A program made the translations under genes and the position numbers. From the NCBI GenBank assembly GCA_045863395.1, contig BTVJ01000068.1, forward strand, positions 1-38,889: a stretch of 38,889 bases of DNA, in the 5' to 3' direction. This stretch comes from Myxococcales bacterium (GTDB taxonomy: Bacteria; Myxococcota_A; UBA9042; JABWCM01; BTVJ01). Below are positions 33,713-38,889 of the stretch, piece by piece. The notes under the pieces are model-generated. The model made no database searches. It saw only the letters and a list, made by a program, of their open reading frames with translations, and was not told where the DNA came from. Position 1 is the first letter of the stretch. Each line of letters starts with the position of its first letter.

Positions 33713-36700
33713 AGATGCGCATGTGGCTGTTGCTTCTGGCCCTTGGCGCCGTGAACGCAGGCCTCGCAGGCTGCGCGACGACGCAGCCCACGCCCGAGAA
33801 GGCCCCGGAGGCCGCCAAGGTCGCGGAGCCTCCGAAGAAGACGCCGAAGGGCGTCCTCTCGGGCCGGGTGGTGCGAAACGACACGAAGGCTCCCGTCGGC
33901 GAGCTGTACCTGAGCCTGCGCAGCGAGAACGACTACCTCTCGGCCTACACCGACGGCTACGGGCGCTTCCGCGCCGAGAACGTGCCGGCTGGCTCCTACA
34001 CCGTCCAGTTCTATGAGGACGGCTACAAGCAGTCCGAGTTCGGCCCCTACACCGTGGGTGAAGACCAGCAGGTCCTCGGGCTGACCATCGGCGTCGACCC
34101 GGTCGACCCGCAGCTCACCCCCTACACCTACCAGGACGTCTACCGGCCGAACGAGAACGTGGCGGTCATGGTGCGATCCATCCGCGTCACGTCCGTGGAC
34201 GTGGACCTCTACCGGGTGCCGGACGCCCTCGTCCGCAGCGAGCTGTCCCGGGTGCTCGCCCGCAAGAACATGGACCTGTCGCGGCTCGAGACCTTGATGT
34301 CGTACAAGCAGCCGATTGCGGGGGGCGGGGCGCTCACGTGGCGCACGACGCCCGTCCAGCCCGCCTTCGACAAGCCCGGCGTCTACGTGCTGAGGCTGCG
34401 GGGCGGGTCGAGCGACGTGGTGTTGCCGCTGGTGGTGACCGACCTGTCGCTGATCACCAAGCGGGGGCCCTCGTCCACGGTGGTCTTCGCCCAGAACATC
34501 ACGACCAGCGAGCCCATGGGCGGCGTGCAGATCGTCCCCGAGTGGACCGGCGCCACCGGCGGCGCGACGGGTCTCGACGGCCTCGCCACCCTCCCCAACG
34601 CATCGCCGGACAAGAACGTCCGCCTGTGGGGCTTCGCGGGGCCCCATGTCGCCTACGTGGACACGGTGCCCGCCGCGTCCGCGGCCGTCGCCCCCTACCG
34701 GGCGCTGATCATCACGGATCGCCCCATCTACCGCACGGGCCACGAGGTCCACTACAAGGTGATCGCGCGCGCCGACGAGGGCGGGAGCTACCGGGTGCGC
34801 CCGGGCGAGGCGTGGACCGTGATCCTGCGCGACGCGCTCGGGCGCAACGTCGCGAGCCAGACCGGCACCACCAACCTGTTCGGGACCTTCTCGGGCAGCT
34901 TCCAGGTGGACGACGAGGCGGCGCTCGGTGGCTGGAACCTGCTGGTCGAGAACGGCGCCGTCACCGCCACGCAGGACTTCGAGGTCCAGGAGTATCGCAA
35001 GCCCGAGTTCGAGCTCCAGGTGCGCAGCGACGCGAGCCAGGTCGTGCAGGGAGAGGACGTGCGGGTCACCGTGCAGGGGCGCTACTACTTCGGCGCCCCG
35101 CTCGCCGACGCCGACGTCTACTACACCGTCTACGAGGCGGCCTGGGCCCCGTGGCGCGACTTCGGCTGGGGCGACTCGTCGGCGGCCTCTGTATACGAAG
35201 ACGAGGACCGCTGGAGCAACTCCTACGGCTACGGCCGCGCCCTGACGTCGGGCACCGTCAAGCTGGACGCCGAGGGCAAGGGTGTCATCGACGTGGGCGT
35301 CCCGGCGGCGACCTATGATCGCAAGGTGACCATCGAGGTGTCGGCCACCGACGCCAGCGACCGGGAGGTCTCGGCGCGGCAGAGCCTGCTCGTCAGCGCG
35401 GGCACCTTCGGCCTCGCCCTCAACGCGGACGGCTACATCTTCAAGGCCAGTGAGAGCATCCCGGTCTCTGTCCTCACGAAGCAGTTCGATGGCTCCGGCG
35501 TGCCCGCGCGGGTCAAGGTCACGGCGAGCGTCGAGACCTGGAACGAGAAGCACAAGATGTGGGTGTACAAGACCGTCGACACCCGCACCGTCGAGACCGG
35601 CGCAAAGGGCGAGGCGAAGTGGGGCTTCTCCGCGAACCAGGCGGGCGTGCTGCGCATCGACGCGGTCGCGACGGACACCCACGGCAACGCGATTACGGAC
35701 ACCCGCTTCCTGTGGGTCACGACGGCGACGGGGGTCGGCGGCTGGCAGAAGAAGAAGTCCATGGAGATCGTGGTGGACAAGGGCTCCTACAAGCCCGGGG
35801 AGACCGCGCGGGTGCTGGTCAACTCCCAGGTGGGGGACGTCCACGTGCTGTTCACCATCGAGGACGCGCTCGGCGTGCGCAAGGCCCAGGTGGTCAAGCT
35901 GTCGGGCAACTCCCGCTTCTTCGAGGTGCCCCTCGTGGACGCCGACGCCCCGACCCTCTACCTGGGGGCGACCTTCGCATCCGAGAAGCAACTCTACGCC
36001 ACGTCCCGGGCCCTCTCCATCTCTCCGGCGAGCCGCATGCTCGAGGTGACCATCGGCGCCGACAAGGAGATCTACGCGCCTGGCGAGACGGCGACCCTCA
36101 CCGTCCGCGCCAAGGACGCGACCGGGGCCCCGGTGGAGGCGGAGGTCGCGCTCAGCGTCGTCGACGAGGCCATCTACGCGCTGGCGTCGGACAACGTCCC
36201 CGAGATCGGCGGCTTCTTCTATGGACCCCGCCAGAGCGTCGTCACCACGAGCTACTCCTTCCCGTCGCGCTATCTCGGCGGCGCCAGCAAGGACGGCGGG
36301 GACGGCGTGCGCCGCAACTTCAAGGACACGGCCTACTGGAGCGCGCACGTCACGACGGGCAAGGACGGCTCCGCGACCGCCCAGGTCACCATGCCTGACA
36401 ACCTGACCACCTGGCGCATCATGGGGCGCGCGGTCACGGCGGACGTGGCCGGCAAGTCCATGCGGGTCGGCCAGGGGCGCCACTCCATCGTGACGGCGAA
36501 GGACCTCATCGCCCGGGTGCTGCCACCGCGCTTCGTCATGGTGGGCGACCGCGTCGAGCTGGTCGGGCAGGTCCACAACCTGGGTGAGAGCGCCGCGTCC
36601 GTGGCGGTTCGACTGGAGCTCGACGGGCCCGCCCGAATCGAGGGGGCGGCCTCTTCGACCCTGTCCCTGGCGTCCGGAGAGCAGGCGGTCACACGCTGGC

Positions 36701-38406
36701 CCGTCACGGTCACGGGGGCGGGCGAGCTGGCGGTGCGCATCTACGCCAAGAGCGACGCCCACACGGACGCCATGGAGCTGAAGGTCCCGGCGATGCCCGT
36801 TGCCGTACCGCGGTCGCGCCCGGTGAGCGGCCTCGCCCGGGGCGCCCTGACGGCCCGCTTCGAGGTGCCCGCCGGTGCGGTCCCTGGGACCTCACGCCTG
36901 CGCCTGGAGCTGACGCCGTCGCTGGCGGGCCTCGCCCTGGAGAGCCTCGACGAGCTCGCCCGCTTCCCCTACGGGTGCGTGGAGCAGACCATGAGCGCCT
37001 TCCTGCCGGACATCGCGGTCCAGCTCGCGCTGGCCGACCTCGGCCAGAAGAACCAGCGCCTGGAGGCCAAGCTGCCGGTGATGGTCGCCCGGGGGATGGC
37101 GCGCATCGAGCGGCTCCAGCACGAGGACGGCGGCTGGGGCTGGTGGGAGAACGACGCCTCCCGGCCCTTCATGACCGCCTACGTGATGTTCGGGCTCGCG
37201 CTGGCCGAGCAGGCCGGCTTCGAGGTCGACCCGGATCTTGTGGATCGGGGCGCCCAGGCCCTGCTCGCCATGATGACCGCGGAGCAGGTCCCGCCGACGC
37301 GCGCCTATGCTGCGTTGGCGCTGGCCCTGCGCCCCGACCCGGACGAGGCGGTGCCGGCGCTGGTCAAGGAGCTGGCGACCCGGCAGGACCTGGACCCGTG
37401 GACCATGGCGGTGCTCGCCCAGGCCGCGGACGCCCTGGAGGACACGGCGACCCGCGACTCGCTCGCATCGGCCCTGGCCGCCCGGGCGACCCGCGAGGAC
37501 GACGTGGCGTGGCTCGCCGGCTCCACCTTCCACTATGGGTGGAACGAGAACCGCTTCGAGACCACGGCCATGGCGCTCCGGGCGCTGGTCGCCTCGAACC
37601 CGCAGCACGAGCTGGTCGCCCCGCTGGTCCGCTACCTGGTGCGGCACCGCACGAGCGGCATGTGGGACACGACCCGCGACACGGCCATGGCCATCCTGGC
37701 GCTCGTGGATGTCCTGCGCACCAGCGGCGAGGGGCAGGCGACCTACACGGCACGCGTGTCCGTGGACGGCAAGGAGGTGGCGGCGCTCGACGTCAAGCCC
37801 GACAACGCCCTCTCCCTGCGCCAGGCCGTGACGCTCGACGCGGCGGCGCTCGGGGCGGGCGAGCATGAGATCGGCGTGAAGCTGGAAGGGCAGGGCACCC
37901 TGTACTGGTCGGGGGGCTTGCGCTTTGGTGACAGCCCCGAGCCGCGGGACGAGGGCCTCACGCTGAGCCGCACCTACCGTCGGGTGGTGCGCAGCGCCGA
38001 CGACCAGGGAACGCCTACGGTGAAGCTCGTCGAGCTGGCGGAGGGCGGCGTCAACGTGGGCGACGAGCTCGAGGTGACATTGAATCTGTCCACGGACACC
38101 GACCGGGAGTATGTGATCGTGGAGGACCCGCTGGCCGCCGGCTTCGAGGTGCGCCCGCATAGCCTGATGTCGTCGACCGACGACGGCTCCTGGGGCTTCT
38201 GGTACTCCCACTTCGAGATCCGCGACGAGAAGGTCGCCTTCTTCGCCACGAGCGTCCCCAAGGGCAAGCACACCCTGTCCTATCGCATCCGCGCCGAGGC
38301 CGCCGGCACCGTCACGGCCGCGCCGGCCGCCGCGTGGAACATGTACCTCCCGAGCATCGCCGGCAACAGCGCTGCGAGCACATTGCAGGTCGCCCCGCGC
38401 AAGTAG
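33709..38406 (+). CDS. Bacterial alpha-2-macroglobulin (lipoprotein, thioester-containing)
   Basis: Lipobox LAGC; TDRPIYRTG, EYRKPEF, VRRNFKDTAYW, MPDNLTTW, FPYGCVEQT (CxEQ at 36976-36987), QHEDGGWGWW, YVIVEDPLAAGFE. Confidence 0.95.
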   Translation: MKMRMWLLLLALGAVNAGLAGCATTQPTPEKAPEAAKVAEPPKKTPKGVLSGRVVRNDTKAPVGELYLSLRSENDYLSAYTDGYGRFRAENVPAGSYTVQFYEDGYKQSEFGPYTVGEDQQVLGLTIGVDPVDPQLTPYTYQDVYRPNENVAVMVRSIRVTSVDVDLYRVPDALVRSELSRVLARKNMDLSRLETLMSYKQPIAGGGALTWRTTPVQPAFDKPGVYVLRLRGGSSDVVLPLVVTDLSLITKRGPSSTVVFAQNITTSEPMGGVQIVPEWTGATGGATGLDGLATLPNASPDKNVRLWGFAGPHVAYVDTVPAASAAVAPYRALIITDRPIYRTGHEVHYKVIARADEGGSYRVRPGEAWTVILRDALGRNVASQTGTTNLFGTFSGSFQVDDEAALGGWNLLVENGAVTATQDFEVQEYRKPEFELQVRSDASQVVQGEDVRVTVQGRYYFGAPLADADVYYTVYEAAWAPWRDFGWGDSSAASVYEDEDRWSNSYGYGRALTSGTVKLDAEGKGVIDVGVPAATYDRKVTIEVSATDASDREVSARQSLLVSAGTFGLALNADGYIFKASESIPVSVLTKQFDGSGVPARVKVTASVETWNEKHKMWVYKTVDTRTVETGAKGEAKWGFSANQAGVLRIDAVATDTHGNAITDTRFLWVTTATGVGGWQKKKSMEIVVDKGSYKPGETARVLVNSQVGDVHVLFTIEDALGVRKAQVVKLSGNSRFFEVPLVDADAPTLYLGATFASEKQLYATSRALSISPASRMLEVTIGADKEIYAPGETATLTVRAKDATGAPVEAEVALSVVDEAIYALASDNVPEIGGFFYGPRQSVVTTSYSFPSRYLGGASKDGGDGVRRNFKDTAYWSAHVTTGKDGSATAQVTMPDNLTTWRIMGRAVTADVAGKSMRVGQGRHSIVTAKDLIARVLPPRFVMVGDRVELVGQVHNLGESAASVAVRLELDGPARIEGAASSTLSLASGEQAVTRWPVTVTGAGELAVRIYAKSDAHTDAMELKVPAMPVAVPRSRPVSGLARGALTARFEVPAGAVPGTSRLRLELTPSLAGLALESLDELARFPYGCVEQTMSAFLPDIAVQLALADLGQKNQRLEAKLPVMVARGMARIERLQHEDGGWGWWENDASRPFMTAYVMFGLALAEQAGFEVDPDLVDRGAQALLAMMTAEQVPPTRAYAALALALRPDPDEAVPALVKELATRQDLDPWTMAVLAQAADALEDTATRDSLASALAARATREDDVAWLAGSTFHYGWNENRFETTAMALRALVASNPQHELVAPLVRYLVRHRTSGMWDTTRDTAMAILALVDVLRTSGEGQATYTARVSVDGKEVAALDVKPDNALSLRQAVTLDAAALGAGEHEIGVKLEGQGTLYWSGGLRFGDSPEPRDEGLTLSRTYRRVVRSADDQGTPTVKLVELAEGGVNVGDELEVTLNLSTDTDREYVIVEDPLAAGFEVRPHSLMSSTDDGSWGFWYSHFEIRDEKVAFFATSVPKGKHTLSYRIRAEAAGTVTAAPAAAWNMYLPSIAGNSAASTLQVAPRK

Positions 38407-38618
38407 GCGCGGGCCCGGCGCCACGGCGTGGTCGTCAGACGGCGGCCACCCTGAGGCGGTCGAGGAGCTGCGTCCTTCCATTCGGCCGCCGGTGCGTTCC
38501 CGCCGGCGGCCCATCGAGACCTCGAGGCCACGAACCAGTCCCGCACGATGCAGGGGCCCTCAGCGAGGCCGGCGCGGGGAGCCGCGAGCCATGATGGGAC
38601 GCGGCCTCTGTGCGTTGC

Positions 38619-38688
38619 GAGTGCCCGCGGCGCGGCGGCGCACGTGCTCCTGCGCGATGTGAGTGTCCGCGGCGCGGCGCCGCGCACG
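38619..38688. repeat. Imperfect ~26-bp direct repeat in an intergenic region
   Basis: GAGTGCCCGCGGCGCGGCGGCGCACG (38619) and GAGTGTCCGCGGCGCGGCGCCGCGCACG (38661), starts 42 bp apart. Confidence 0.5.
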
Positions 38689-38768
38689 CCAAGGCGCCGC
38701 TGCAAGACATCGGGTGCCACTCGGGTCCCGCTGCTTCCCCGCTGGCAGCCCGGCAACCAGAGACAACC

Positions 38769-38888
38769 TCAGCCGCGCCGCACGGTCATCCACACCCGGA
38801 AGGTGAGCTTCCACGCGCTGGTGGCAGTGATGCCCCAGCGCACCCAGCGGGAGAGGGGGCGGGCGCTCGTGAGGCGGACGACGCGGCT
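38769..38888 (-). CDS. Probable 3' end of a gene entering from the right edge
   Basis: Open frame SRVVRLTSARPLSRWVRWGITATSAWKLTFRVWMTVRRG-stop with host-like GC3 codons. Confidence 0.4.
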   Translation of the reverse strand, partial: SRVVRLTSARPLSRWVRWGITATSAWKLTFRVWMTVRRG

Positions 38889-38889
38889 C

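Overview
Very GC-rich bacterial DNA, probably Myxococcota/Deltaproteobacteria-like (inferred from lipoproteins with CDDGDPCT repeats, DUF4157, a Ser/Thr kinase and Rpn genes). Left end (1-6.9 kb) is an accessory patch. It holds a broken diversity-generating retroelement (DGR): a DGR-type reverse transcriptase that lacks YxDD and runs in frame into the C-terminus of an Avd-like protein, preceded by a structured spacer. It also holds an Rpn/YhgA PD-(D/E)XK gene, a lipoprotein plus DUF4384-like pair, and a tandem duplication of a second Rpn-like gene with identical N-terminal and diverged C-terminal halves. All three Rpn-like genes carry an in-frame internal RBS+ATG for a small C-terminal protein. 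Middle (8.4-24.7 kb) has a transglutaminase-like gene, an acyl-CoA dehydrogenase, a PHP/CehA-type lipoprotein and a surface-appendage cluster. In that cluster two fibre-like proteins share an N-terminal module but have different tips, and two giant Cys-rich CTDC-repeat lipoproteins flank them. Next is a DUF4157 + Zn-phospholipase-C-like effector bracketed by a 52-bp duplication of the neighbouring kinase 3' end, then the kinase and typA. The window ends with an operon of DHH phosphoesterase, VanW lipoprotein, signal-peptide-bearing AMMECR1 protein and thioester alpha-2-macroglobulin. No rRNA, tRNA or CRISPR array was seen. All family calls come from motif recognition by eye; no database search was run.
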